A stretch of DNA of 63,463 nt, the filler included, from Octopus bimaculoides (taxonomy: Eukaryota): assembly GCF_001194135.2 (NCBI RefSeq). It is 6 parts of 5 records of this genome, joined end to end, with 100 filler letters (N's around TTAATTAATTAA, not from the genome) between each part and the next. Parts side by side here need not be neighbours in the genome. Positions count along the whole stretch, not along the records: positions 8,722 to 18,361 come from NC_068987.1; positions 18,462 to 27,261 come from NC_069002.1; 4 more parts are not named here. One strand, given 5' to 3'. The position numbers and the translations under genes are program-made. This document shows positions 11,952 through 24,146 of the stretch, piece after piece; the first letter of the stretch is position 1, and the number at the start of each line of letters is the position of its first letter. Under the pieces are notes generated by a model. That model was given only the letters and a program-made list of their open reading frames with translations. It searched no databases and was not told where the DNA came from.

Positions 11952-12317
11952 TAACAAGAGTACTCAGAGAATGCAAGCCTCCGCCGAGGCAACACCAACG
12001 TCCTCTCAACGCTTAGCCAGAGATGATTTTTAAAATGAGAATATCTGAAATAAACTTGACTGCTCTCATAAATGAGATTACTAAAAATGAACCTGACCAC
12101 TCTCAAAAATTAAGTTAAAAAACAGGAAAAATAATCCAGAATCCTTGTCCTATACTGGATCGATCCCAAAATCTAATCAGTTTGTGCCAGTCAAGAGGCC
12201 AAACATCCCAGAAAGTTTCATCCAAATCCATCCAGCAGTTCTTGAGATATCTTGTCCACAGTCAAACAAACAAAGTGACTGCAAACAATACCTCTGCCTT
12301 AGCAAAAGCAGAGGTAA
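11952..12317. mobile_element. Helentron/DINE-1-like non-autonomous rolling-circle element (HINE-type)
   Basis: 5' aacaagag...gcctccgccgagg; 3' tttcatccaaatcc...gagatatc...acaaacaaac...cctctgcc-ttagcaaaa-gcagaggtaa terminal hairpin, with a cctc(c/t)gcc subterminal repeat at both ends. No ORF. Confidence 0.65.
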
Positions 12318-12330
12318 TAATTCATCCTAC

Positions 12331-12760
12331 TATTCTTTTATTCCTTTACTTGTTTCAGTCATTTGACTGTGGCCATGCTGGAGCACCGCCTTTAGTCGAG
12401 CAAATCGACCCCAGGACTTTGGAAGCCTAGTACTTATTCTATCGGTCTCTTTTTGCCAAACTGCTAAGTTACGGGGACATAAACACACCAGCATCGGTTG
12501 TCAAGCGATGTTAGGGGGACAAACACAGACACACAAACATATACACACTCANNNNNNNNNNNNNNNNNNNNNNNNNNNNNNNNNNNNNNNNNNNNNNNNN
12601 NNNNNNNNNNNNNNNNNNNNNNNNNNNNNNNNNNNNNNNNNNNNNNNNNNNTATATATATATACACATATATACGACAGGCTTCTTTCAGTTTCTGTCTA
12701 CCAAATCCGCTTACAAGGCTTTGGTCGGCCCGAGGCTATAGTAGAAGACACTTCTACTAT
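12331..12760 (-). mobile_element. SINE family A copy (internal gap)
   Basis: Collinear with 5114-5655. Confidence 0.88.
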
Positions 12761-13673
12761 AGGGTTGGTGACAGGAAGAGCATCCGGTCATATAAATGTA
12801 GCGTAATTTGAAGTTGTTTAACACTGAGGTGGCTAAGATCAAATAGCAGGTGATCAATTTTGGAACATCAAAGGTGTTCCTAAAATGATCACCTGCTTCT
12901 GGAAAGCCTTAATCGATATATATTTCCTATAAAAATAAGAATATAGATTGAACACTCATCACCACTGCTACGAACACCACGACCTCCCCAAGAAACCGAC
13001 ATACATGAAAGAAAGAAAGAAATGGAAGAAGAAGAAGGAGGAGGAGGAGGAGGGGGAGGAGGGGCTGAAGAGAAGATAAAGAAAGGAATTTTAACTGAAT
13101 GCCACTGACAGGTGTTAATTAATCTTAGTGACAGATTTGAGGTGTGCAGCGCGTGCGCGAGAGGCCGTACGTGTGTGTGTGTGTGTGTGTATGTGTAAAG
13201 GAAGAGAGACGTACAGTGTAGGAAACGAGTGGTTATTTACTTAGTATGTACAATAAAGGCCGTTTTCAATTCAATGAACAGAACATCGTAGATATCCACG
13301 AAGTCGTTAGTTCTTCAGGATAACAGTTATGCGAAATGTGATATTCAAAGGTTTCCCTAGGGATCTTGTAGAAACGTTAGTGATTAGTGTCAAGAAAGAG
13401 CTGCGACTTTGATTGGAAATTATGGCACGGTATTCACTTTACGTTGCTCGCCGTACAAAGTGCATAAGAATTTTTAGCAAACTTCTTATTGTAGTATATA
13501 TATATGATGGGCTTTGAAATAGATTCTTTTTAACAAGAACAGAATTCATTCTTAAGGTATTAGGTTTGCTCAAGATACCAAGCAGTGGGACAGAATGCGA
13601 CAGATAGACAGATAGATAGATAGATACAGGTAGTAAGACTGGCATAATTAAACAGGCAGATAGTTAGACAGAC

Positions 13674-13730
<57 letters not shown>

Positions 13731-14010
13731 CAGTAGTGGACTGGGTCTAAAAATATTGGTTGCCAGGAGACTAAGGGGGCCCACCCGCAACTACAATGCT
13801 ATCATTTAATTTTTTTTGTTATAAGTATTCTTTTCAACTGTCTACAAACAGAACCAGGCTGAAATAATTAATGCATTCTTCCAGGAGTGAATAAAAAATT
13901 CTCAAACTTGAGGGGATGGGCCCTTCAGATACTAACATGCGCTCAAATATATGGATTCTAATGACGCAAGGGCCCACTTGCCATCGGGCAAACTGGCAAG
14001 TCCGTCACTG
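13731..14010. mobile_element. hAT-type MITE (280 bp) inserted in a (GATA)n tract
   Basis: Imperfect TIRs CAGTAGTGGACTGG / revcomp CAGTGACGGACTTG, internal gggccc motifs, flanked on both sides by GATAGATA (13723-13730, 14011-14018). The 8-bp TSD match is weakened by the microsatellite context. Confidence 0.65.
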
Positions 14011-14041
14011 GATAGATAGATAGATAGATAAATAGATAGAC

Positions 14042-14077
<36 letters not shown>

Positions 14078-14544
14078 TGCTCCACACATTATACCATCAA
14101 AAAGAAGTATGCGTGTGATGTTGACTCTTTCATTGAGTTCTGTAAGTTGAAGAAAATTATTTAAAAATGCTTATAAACATGTACTAAAGCAATAACAACA
14201 ACAACAAAGCAAAACAGAAATTTAAGATATACAAAAACTATAGAGTGCTTTTAGTACAAACTGTTTAATGGAGTTGCGTTGCGGGAAAATGTCCAAAATA
14301 CACCCTTCTCTCGACGAAAGTTTTAAACAAATGTTTTAAATCTATCCGCTTACGTGAAGCTTTTGTTTTAATTTTGCTTGCTTTTGGCTGTGCATTTCTT
14401 TGTTTTTTGGGGGTTTTTTTTTAAAGAAAAAAATTCTTTGTTTTTTCTTTCAGCAATCTTTAGTTTTAAAGCGGAATGNNNNNNNNNNNNNNNNNNNNNN
14501 NNNNNNNNNNNNNNNNNNNNNNNNNNNNNNNNNNNNNNNNNNNN

Positions 14545-14577
<33 letters not shown>

Positions 14578-14613
14578 CAAAAACGGGGAGGACCGGTTTA
14601 TGGGATTACCTTA

Positions 14614-14739
14614 GGTTTCCCGTCCATAAAGGGCTTAGCTTTATGGCGAATGGTCAGATCCCAAAAACCTGTTGGTCCACAACCTCTTAAAAATATGAAC
14701 GATTCGCCATAAAGTTAAACCCTTTATGGATGGGAAACC
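14614..14739. repeat. Inverted repeat (38-bp arms, 50-bp spacer), MITE-like
   Basis: ggtttcccgtccataaagggcttagctttatggcgaat (14614-14651) versus attcgccataaagttaaaccctttatggatgggaaacc (14702-14739): 35/38 complementary. Confidence 0.9.
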
Positions 14740-14755
14740 ATAATCTCTTTACAAA

Positions 14756-14794
<39 letters not shown>

Positions 14795-14898
14795 GGAGTG
14801 CGTGTGTATAAGATGCGAGAGGTATTTGAGAACACTTAATTACCCGTATATTACTCTCTCAAACTATTAAAAAGGATTTTGTTTCTTTCAGATACATC

Positions 14899-15722
14899 AT
14901 GGCAGATAAAATGCTAACACCAGAAATGAAAAGACGTACAGTCGTTGTTGCCTTAAGTGTGCAGAATACAGCGACTTTTCAAAGTTGCAAGATCTTTTTT
15001 ACATAACGTTCGTATGAAATTTGATGCCTCTGGCAGGAATGTTTCAACTGTATCCAAGAGAAAAATAAATTCTAAACTTTCGGACACAATACGGATACCG
15101 CAAATCATCCAACTGTCACCTAACATTATAAATGATGATCCTGGAAAATCAATGAAAGCCATCGCGCCAAAGAAATTCAGGTGTCGAAGTGAACTATCAA
15201 GAGGACATTTGATACAAGTCGTGTCTACGGAGGGGAAACCAATTCATGTCTGTAAAAGCACAGGAAAATCGTTTGATCGAAGCCAAGCGGTTACTTAGCA
15301 GTGTAAAAACCCTCACGAACATGGCATGCTTTAGTTCTCTGATGCGAAAAACATCGACTGACCAAGACCAAAAATCTAACAAGAGAAATTACAGATGGTT
15401 ACGTGCAGATCCTTCTGATGTCTCCAATGATGCATTTAGTTTCAAAAATTACGATGGTTTTAGAAGTGATGAATAACGAAGGTCATATCATGCCACCTCG
15501 TGTTTTCCCACAGGGCCTAAGAATTAATGCTGGTGGATACATTGAAGTGCTGGGGAGTTGTTAAGCCCTAGATGGACGAAGTGGATGGCCGTATGTATTT
15601 CAACAAGATTCAGCAGCGGACAATGCAAGAATGGCTATCAAACAATCTTTACGATCATAGGGCACCAAATTTGTGGCCTCCAAACTCGCCAGATTAAAAT
15701 TCTATGGACTACTACGTTTAAA
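14899..15722 (+). mobile_element. Degenerate maT-like (DD37D-type) Tc1/mariner transposase
   Basis: MADKMLTPEMKRRTVVVAL..., MSVKAQENRLIEAKRLL, GML*FSD, DQDQKSNKRNYRWL, NEGHIMPPRVFPQGLRINAGGYIEVL, QQDSA, QEWLSNNLYDHRAPNLWPPNSPD*NSMDYYV. The third catalytic residue is D; exact spacing is lost to a deletion. Confidence 0.85.
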
Positions 15723-15872
15723 ACGAAGCTAACAGTCTTTGTGTGTTTCTGAATGGCTAACTAGCATCTTTCCACGCTGCAATCGTTTTAATGTCATCAC
15801 ACGATATCGGATCAATACACTTGCCATACAAGTACCTCTCCATTAGAGAAATGTTTCACCGGCCAAAACGGT

Positions 15873-16285
15873 TGTAGGGAAGTTGTTATACACCATTAGG
15901 TGTATTCAGCTTCCGTACATTAAATTTCTTGAAGAAACAACGGAACGCAGATTCTGAACAAAACAACAATATTTATTTACAGTGGAATTCGGCTCACGCT
16001 CGGAGGGAATTCGGTAGCTCGTCGCCTTTGGTTACTGAGACGCCTTCTGAATGGTTATTTGTGAAGCTCTGGTGCTGAGATGTGAAAGAGCTCTGTTGGA
16101 CGTCTTGGCTCGACGGAGATCAGTGAACGAAGAGACTGAGAAGAGGCGCGAAAGCTTGGATGTCGAACTCTACGCATGCGCATGAGACTACCTGTATTCC
16201 TTCCGGAACTAGTCCCTGCGCATGCGTGGATAAAACTCCGGACATTGAACATATAACAGTCGTCTGCTATAAAGGCGTCACTACA
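15873..16285 (-). mobile_element. Solo LTR (413 bp), probably Ty3/gypsy type
   Basis: TGTAG...CTACA inverted termini (TG...CA), perfect 4-bp TSD CGGT (15869-15872 and 16286-16289), minus-strand TCAGT Inr-like motif (16139-16135) and AATAAA (15977-15972). Confidence 0.85.
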
Positions 16286-16723
16286 CGGTAATAGGCTTGG
16301 AAAGTCCTTAAACAAATGCCCACATCACTCACTCACTGCAAGTACACAAGCTGCCATGAGAGAATGCAAGTGGGGGTGGGGGGTGGGGTCTTTCAAGGCC
16401 TGTGCACTCAACTAATGAATGATTCACATCTATCTGAAAGGTCAAGTGACACTTTGCGCTGGTTTTAGTTTTCGTTTTTTCTTTTCCTATTTAACATGTT
16501 ATGCGAGGAATGTAGAATTAGACTGCGAAGCTGGAGTAGTGAACAAAGGGAAAAGGATGGCAGTGTCACGCAAGAGAGAGAGAGAGAGATACAGGATCTT
16601 GTACTCATCAAAAGTGAAAATGGTTTTAAGTATCCAAGTCATGCTGAGAGCCAGTTAATGGCTGAGAGGACAGAGGCTATAGTGAGATAGTAGGAAGAGA
16701 GACGACAATGTATTGTTAAAAAG

Positions 16724-16900
16724 AGCGGCGAGCTGGCAGAATCGTTAGCACGCCGGTAAAATGCTTAACAGCATTTCGTTCGCCTGTACGTTCTGAGTTC
16801 AAATTCCGAACTTTCAAGATCGTTGAGCGGTGCGGGTCGATGTAATCGACTTACCCTTCTTCCGAAATTGTTGGCCTTGTGCCAAAATTTGAAACTAATA
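16724..16900 (+). mobile_element. SINE family B copy
   Basis: gcggcgagctggcagaatcgttagcacgccgg...ttctgagttcaaattcc...gccttgtgccaaaatttgaa. Confidence 0.8.
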
Positions 16901-17297
16901 TTATAACGAGCGGTGGATTTGAGAGATAGATAAATACGAAGGAGGTTGACACAGAGTGAATGAGTGAGCGAGAGAGGGAGAGAGAAAGATGGGGGATAAA
17001 GAGTGGGTGAAAAAATAAAGACAAGCAAATTTAGTTGAAAATTTTTGATTGACGGCGATGAGTGCATGAAAGGCAGGCAAACGACGTTAAGAAAGAAAGA
17101 GAAGTGTTAGAAATGTACTTGAGAATCAGAAGCAAGGCTCGAGGTAAAAAGAATATAAAGGAAAGTAGGAAGACAAAAATGAAATATAAAAAGAAAAGTG
17201 GAGTAAAGCTTGAAGTGGAGAGATTAGCAGAGATAAACCTCGTAATTTTTCATAGATATTAAGCTAGTGTGTGTGTGTGTGTCTGAATACATACATG

Positions 17298-17328
<31 letters not shown>

Positions 17329-18206
17329 CTCTATCTATCTCTCTATCTATCTATCTGTCTGTGTCTGTCTGTCTACAATTTAACTGAAGGGTCAGACAAT
17401 ATATTTATAGAGAATATGAAATTTGTTTTTCCAAGGAAAAGGTTGAAAGTAGCTTCGACGTTTCACGGATTGTTAGGTTTTATACATACTGAGGAAATCA
17501 GAAAGACCACGGTGGTGCCCCAGCATGACCACATCCGCATAGCTGAAACGAGAATACACACACACACGCACGTATGTAAATGTATATTTGGTGCAAAGCT
17601 TTGAAGGAAACATAACTAGAACATTTTAAGTAATGTCGAAGTGCAATGATATTATGAAAAATATGCTCACACTCATAAAGAGAGAGAAATGTTTCTCAAA
17701 GAAGTCGGCATCGAATCAGAAACGATAAATAGGCGATGCCAAAACGTCTTATACCCCAAAGAAGCTTCGTTCAGATAAGCAACCAAAAGAAATTTCAGGA
17801 AGGTAACAATCTGATGAGAGGAACGAGTGGAAGAGAAATGGGCTAAAATATATCCTAGTCTTTGCACCTCTTTGCATATATTCTTTTCGTACATAAAACA
17901 TGTTATCAGGAAACATTATCAAAGCCAAAACTTGGCCCTGATAAAAGGAAAGCAAACTTGAAAGGTGACCTTGAAGATTTTTTTTTTGGCGATCTTTTGA
18001 TACCAGACCGAAATATAGGCCCTTTTCCGTAAAAAGTGTCTTCGGCGATCTTTGCCAAAGATCGGCCTTTTCCGTAACACCCGCACGATTATAATTACCA
18101 ATCAAATCAAACTGATGCACCGCCACGTTTTCTTGTTTACTAAGTTTTGTCTCTATCGTTATTTACATCTTAGAGGCCCACTTTACCCTTTTTTTAAAAA
18201 CAAATA

Positions 18207-18361
18207 CAGTAATCCCTCGACTATCGCGAGTGTTACTATCCAAAACCCACCGCGATAGGTGAAAATCCGCGAAGTAGAAACAGTACTGTACTGTATATTT
18301 TAAAAAATCATTTTTATAATTTGTATATATTTATTGTATCATAAATGCAAGACAACACCAG
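18207..18361. mobile_element. pogo/Tigger-like DNA transposon terminus (runs into gap)
   Basis: TA|CAGTAATCCCTCGACTATCGCG... resembles Tigger-type TIRs preceded by a TA target. Confidence 0.6.
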
Positions 18362-18829
18362 NNNNNNNNNNNNNNNNNNNNNNNNNNNNNNNNNNNNNNN
18401 NNNNNTTAATTAATTAANNNNNNNNNNNNNNNNNNNNNNNNNNNNNNNNNNNNNNNNNNNNTATATATATATGGATATATATATATGCCAGTGTATGTAT
18501 ATGCGTGTCTGTGCGTCTGTATTTGTATGTGTATGCGTGTATATGTGCGTGTGTGTGTACGTATGTGTATGTGTATATGTTAGATAAGGGACAAAAGCCA
18601 AGCAGCTCTCGGCGTCATTGAAAAATATTGATTGTAATAAAGTGATGAGAGAGAACGGAACGTGTTTAGTTTTCTATCAGGGGAAAATATAATTTGAAAT
18701 CCGAGAATTAATTGTCAACATTGTCTACACAACACCCACACATACATATGTATATATTTACTGTCATGTTTCTATGGTTGTTCTTCTTGTTCTTATTGAA
18801 GTGGTGGAGAAGGAGATAATGGTAGTGGT

Positions 18830-19059
18830 TCGTCCGCTTCTTCTTCTTCTTCTTCAGACTCTTCTTCTTCTTTTTCATCATCAACAACAGCAGCAGCATT
18901 ATTGTCATCATAGTCGTTAACGTTAGTCACCTTATCGCCGTCGTTACCTTCTTCTTCTTTTTCTTCTTTTTCTTATTCTTCTTTTTCCTTTTCTTCTTCT
19001 TCTTCTTCCTCTTCTTCTTTCTCTTCTTCTTTCTCTTTTTCTTATTCTTCTTTTTCCTT

Positions 19060-19090
<31 letters not shown>

Positions 19091-20048
19091 TCTTCTTTCT
19101 CTTCTTCTTTCTCTTCTTCTTCTTCTTCTTCTTCTTCTCCTCCTTCTTCTTCTTCTTCTTCTTCTTCTTCTTCTTCTCCTTCTTCTTCTCCTTCTTCTTC
19201 TCTTCTTCTCCTTCTTCTTCTTCTTCTTTTTCTTCTTCTTTTTCTTCTTCTTCTGCTACAACAACAACTACTACTACCACTTCTACTTTTCCTCCTCATC
19301 CTCCTCTTTTTACTTCCTTCCCTTCCTCCTTCTCTTCCTCCTCCTCCTTCTCCTCCTCCTCCTTCTCCTCCTCCTCCTCCTTCTTCATCGTCTTCTTCTT
19401 TTTCTTCTTCTTCTTATGCTTTTTCTTCTTCTTTTTCTTTCTTCTTCTTCTTCTTCTTCTTCTGCTACAACTAGTACTACTACTTCTACTCTTCCTCCTC
19501 GTCCTCCTCTTTTTACTTCCTTTCTTCCTCCTTCTCTTCCCCCTCGTCCTCCTCCTTGTACTTCCTCCTCCTCCTCCTTCTTCTTCTTCTTCTTCTTCTT
19601 CTTCTTCTTCTTCNNNNNNNNNNNNNNNNNNNNNNNNNNNNNNNNNNNNNNNNNNNNNNNNNNNNNNNNNNNNNNNNNNNNNNNNNNNNNNNNNNNNNNN
19701 NNNNNNNNNNNNNNNNNNNNNNNNNNNNNNNNNNNNNNNNNNNNNNNNNNNNNNNNNNNNNNNNNNNNNNNNNNNNNNNNNNNNNNCCTCCTCTTTTTAC
19801 TTCCTTTCTTCATCCTTCTCTTCCCCCTCGTCCTCCTCCTTGTACTTCCTCCTCCTCCTCCTCCTTCTTCTTCTTCTTCTTCTTCTTCTTCTTCTTCTTC
19901 TTCTTCTTCAGCTACTTCTTCCTTTCCATCATTCGGTTCTTGTGTATGCTGTCTTTTATTCTCACCCATTATCATCACCATCATCATCAGCAGCATCGTC
20001 ATCATAATCATCATCACCATCGTCATCATAATCATCATCACCATCATC

Positions 20049-20110
<62 letters not shown>
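18830..20110. repeat. Compound (CTT)n/(CCT)n/(CAT)n simple-repeat field with a higher-order ~210-bp unit
   Basis: tctgctacaac...cttctact...cctcctctttttacttcc recurs near 19253 and 19462, and the cctcctctttttacttcc part recurs again at 19787 after the gap. Confidence 0.9.
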
Positions 20111-20111
<1 letters not shown>

Positions 20112-20678
20112 GTTTCCCTTTTCCTTCCCTTCTGTTCCTTTTCTGTCTTGTCCTTCAAGGCGACCAGCCCTTGCTCCTCTTCTCCCTCTACCCGTTCCTC
20201 TTCATTATCTTTTTCCTCCTTCCACCTTACCACCCACCACCATTCTGAATATATATCTTTATATATGTATTTAATTTCATAATATATTTATAATTAATAG
20301 AGAGTAATTTTTTAAATGTATTTCTTTAATAATCAACCGTTTAGTTGTTTTTAATAAATCAATAAACGAGATAAGGCCTCGTTGGCACTGTTAATAGTTG
20401 TGGTGGAAGAAGTGGAGCTTTTGGTGGCGGCGACGGCGGGGGGGGGGGAGTCGTAGTTGTCGTCGTCATCGTGATGGAGGATATGTATATATGTATATAG
20501 GTATGTATACTTTATATTTTCATTTTATATATATTATATCACAATTAGTGAACAATAGCGCCGTCGACGAATGCTAGCAAGCCGAAGCGTCGAAGAAACC
20601 GCCACCTCTCTCTCCCTGTAAAAGTGTAATTCATACACACACACACACACATCACATACACAAACATGCATACATACA

Positions 20679-20707
<29 letters not shown>

Positions 20708-20709
<2 letters not shown>

Positions 20710-20941
20710 GATGGCTGCCCCCTCGTTATCGAGTATGGCCATTGCACGAAGATCTACAATGTCTTGGACATGACGTTGGTCTCTTGTGCTGAACAAACCT
20801 GCACATAGGATTTGTCTATAGAGATCAAAACGTATGCACTGCACATGAGTTCACTTTCTCCCTCAAATCGTTATTACCTGAACAGGTGCTGTACAGTGTA
20901 CCACACGCCAGGTGTCGAAGTAATCGCAGAGAAACGTGAGA
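20708..20941 (-). mobile_element. 3' part of a SINE-like repeat whose head lies in the gap
   Basis: Non-simple sequence between microsatellite and gap, ending tgtaccacacgccaggtgtcgaagtaatcgcagag. Recognised from recall only; no second copy confirmed in the window. Confidence 0.4.
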
Positions 20942-21213
20942 NNNNNNNNNNNNNNNNNNNNNNNNNNNNNNNNNNNNNNNNNNNNNNNNNNNNNNNNNNN
21001 NNNNNNNNNNNNNNNNNNNNNNNNNNNNNNNNNNNNNNNNNNNNNNNNNNNNNNNNNNNNNNNNNNNNNNNNNNNNNNNNNNNNNNNNNNNNNNNNNNNN
21101 NNNNNNNNNNNNNNNNNNNNNNNNNNNNNNNNNNNNNNNNNNNNNNNNNNNNNNNNNNNNNNNNNNNNNNNNNNNNNNNNNNNNNNNNNNNNNNNNNNNN
21201 NNNNNNNNNNNNN

Positions 21214-21529
21214 CGGAACAGCCTGCTCGTGAAATTAACGTGCAAGTGGCTGAGCACTCCACAGACACGTGTACCCTTAACGTAGTTCTCGGGGATATTC
21301 AGCGTGACACAGTGTGACAAGGCTGACCCTTTGAATTACAACACAACAGAAACAGGAAGTAAGAGTGAGAGAAAGTTGTGGTGAAAGAGTACAGCAGGGT
21401 TCGCCACCATCCCCTGCCGGAGCCTCGTGAAGCTTTAAGTGTTTTTCGCTCAATAAACTCTCACAGCGCCCGGTCTGAGAATCGAAACCGCGAGTCCGCT
21501 GTCCTAACCACTGGGTCATTGCGCCTCCA
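21214..21529 (-). mobile_element. tRNA-derived SINE family C (tail in gap)
   Basis: Head GGAGGCGCAATGACCCAGTGGTTAGG...GGTTTCGATTCTC (box A and B); highly similar to 28493-28877. Confidence 0.9.
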
Positions 21530-22112
21530 CTTCAGCAGCCTAATTAGTGCAAAATAATCCAGCGGAACAAGAGTTGGTTACTCTGATTCTGTATGGTCCC
21601 TAAATCTATTCTTTCTCACCCTTTCTTATTTCTCTATACCTATCTCTACTCAACTCCCTTCCCCTCACTTTTACTTTCAAGTTATTGCTCTTGATCTCAA
21701 AGCCTTTCTTTCTCTCCCTCTAACTACCGCACCGCTATTAATCCCCCTCTTCCTCAGTCTTTTTATTCATGTTTCCATGTTCTTGAATATTGGTTTTTCT
21801 ATTACAAAATTTGCATTTTGCAACTCTGCCTGCTGAAGAGAAAATTCGACGTTTCAACGCTTCTAGCTTGAATATATTAAGACACCATGCTATGTGTTGA
21901 TAGCAATTTCTACTTCTTCTGTTTTATTGCATCAATATCTACACCCATTTGCATAACATACATTATTATTTCAACAAGATGCTTAATTTTTGAAACAGCT
22001 GTAAAGAATATCAGGGAATATATCTGCCAGATATGTTGACGTCTACGTTTATGCAACAATTTCTATTAATGATTTAATTTCATAATCTCATATATAAATA
22101 CTTATCCATATA

Positions 22113-22149
<37 letters not shown>

Positions 22150-23931
22150 AATCTTCCGGTTACTTATTCATGGGAAGTGGTGAGGCCACTAAAGGTATTA
22201 ATACGAAATATCAACATAAAACATGTTATACACAGTTTTCAAGAAATACGTTTATGCATGTGCGCGTGTAAGCACATAAGCCTGTGTGCATGCATGCTTG
22301 TAGGGATATGAGTATACGTCTCTATGTCTTTGTATATGTGTATGTATGTATGTATATATATATATATGTGTGTGTGTATATATATATATGAATATATATA
22401 TATATATATANNNNNNNNNNNNNNNNNNNNNNNNNNNNNNNNNNNNNNNNNNNNNNNNNNNNNNNNNNNNNNNNNNNNNNNNNNNNNNNNNNNNNNNNNN
22501 NNNNNNNNNNNNNNNNNNNNNNNNNNNNNNNNNNNNNNNNNNNNNNNNNNNNNNNNNNNNNNNNNNNNNNNNNNNNNNNNNNNNNNNNNNNNNNNNNNNN
22601 NNNNNNNNNNNNNNNNNNNNNNNNNNNNNNNNNNNNNNNNNNNNNNNNNNNNNNNNNNNNNNNNNNNNNNNNNNNNNNNNNNNNNNNNNNNNNNNNNNNN
22701 NNNNNNNNNNNNNNNNNNNNNNNNNNNNNNNNNNNNNNNNNNNNNNNNNNNNNNNNNNNNNNNNNNNNNNNNNNNNNNNNNNNNNNNNNNNNNNNNNNNN
22801 NNNNNNNNNNNNNNNNNNNNNNNNNNNNNNNNNNNNNNNNNNNNNNNNNNNNNNNNNNNNNNNNNNNNNNNNNNNNNNNNNNNNNNNNNNNNNNNNNNNN
22901 NNNNNNNNNNNNNNNNNNNNNNNNNNNNNNNNNNNNNNNNNNNNNNNNNNNNNNNNNNNNNNNNNNNNNNNNNNNNNNNNNNNNNNNNNNNNNNNNNNNN
23001 NNNNNNNNNNNNNNNNNNNNNNNNNNNNNNNNNNNNNNNNNNNNNNNNNNNNNNNNNNNNNNNNNNNNNNNNNNNNNNNNNNNNNAAGCAATTAATTGTC
23101 TAAATTCATTGAATCAATTAGAGTTATGATTTGTAATGTATTTGTAATTTGTATTTTAATGAATTTGTCAAGTCATTGAATCATAATGAGTGTTGCTGAG
23201 ATAATAGACGGCGCTGGTGGTTATTCTTGCTCCGGTTTGGCGCTGGTGGCGGCGGCGGTGGTGGTGGTGGTGGTGGTGGTGGTAATAGTAGTTGTGGTAG
23301 TGATGGTGTTGATGGTGGGCGTCTCAATGTTTTACAATTTTATGCCATTTCGATTCATCCCGTGTATTCCAGAGTTCAGATATTACCGAGGTAAACTTCG
23401 CTTTTTATTTTCGCCACGAAAAATGACTGAAGCAAGAAAATGAGTCTGTCTGTTCACGTTTATCTCTGATTCATTTATCACTGATTTTTCAACTCTGATC
23501 CGTATTATACTCAACACAAATTGCTCCGTGATACACATGGGTCGAGAATCAGTCAAAGATTTTGCTTGGAACCAAAAGTGCCCCCAGCAACCGTCCACAA
23601 TGCTTATGAAAAATTGGGGGCCTCAGAGCGAACCTATGCCGCCCATCTTCGTTTTCTATTATTTGTTTACCATTGATTTATTTAACGCAATTTTTTTAAA
23701 GCAATCACTGAACAAATAGGAATCCATGTACTGGTAATATACTCGGGAGATAAGAATGGTTGTTGTGTAAGAATTTCGCTTCGAACAGTGTAGTTTTCAG
23801 TTCGGTCACTCTGTGTAACATCTTGTAGAAATGTCTTCTGCTATATAGACACGAGCCATGTAAGTGAAATTTCCACACAATCACATACGCACACACACAC
23901 ATACATACATACATACATACATACAAGCATA

Positions 23932-24146
23932 TTAGGTTGGTGCATAATTATTGCGTCTTTTTTTTTCAACAAAATTTATTCAACAAAAACAATAACAATA
24001 TTTAACAAAAAAATGACCATCTGACTGTCTGCCAAGCGAATTGGAAGCAATAATTGAAGTAAATAGTGAATATGCTCCGGAATACTCATTTAAAGATGTT
24101 TTTGTTACATGTTGTCCTTGTTTTGTTGAATAAAATTTGTTGAAAA
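23932..24146. mobile_element. Internally deleted mariner (MITE-like) relic
   Basis: TA|TTAGGTTGGGTGCATAATTATTGCG resembles the Hsmar1/MADE-type TIR (TTAGGTTGGTGCAAAAGTAATTGCGG). Subterminal ttttcaacaaaattttattcaacaaaa pairs with ttttgttgaataaaatttgttgaaaa. A short transposase C-terminal remnant (..EAIIEVNSEYAPE) lies inside. Confidence 0.7.

Noticed and set aside
11920-12009. ATG at 12009 as the AMZ start codon (347-aa ORF in the track)
   Set aside because: It lies in a Helentron-type repeat upstream of a strong polypyrimidine-AG acceptor, and the ORF end (10966-11052) is read-through past the GT donor. The track ORF is not the real protein.
19504-19870. Identical ~80-bp sequence on both sides of the 19614-19786 gap as a true duplication
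   Set aside because: Could equally be an unmerged contig overlap; cannot be separated from the local higher-order repeat without reads.
18927-20282. Long poly-K/E/S/H/I ORFs here and at 25118, 27678, 38242, 42356 and 45854
   Set aside because: These are translations of trinucleotide microsatellites or of N runs, with no domain or splice support.
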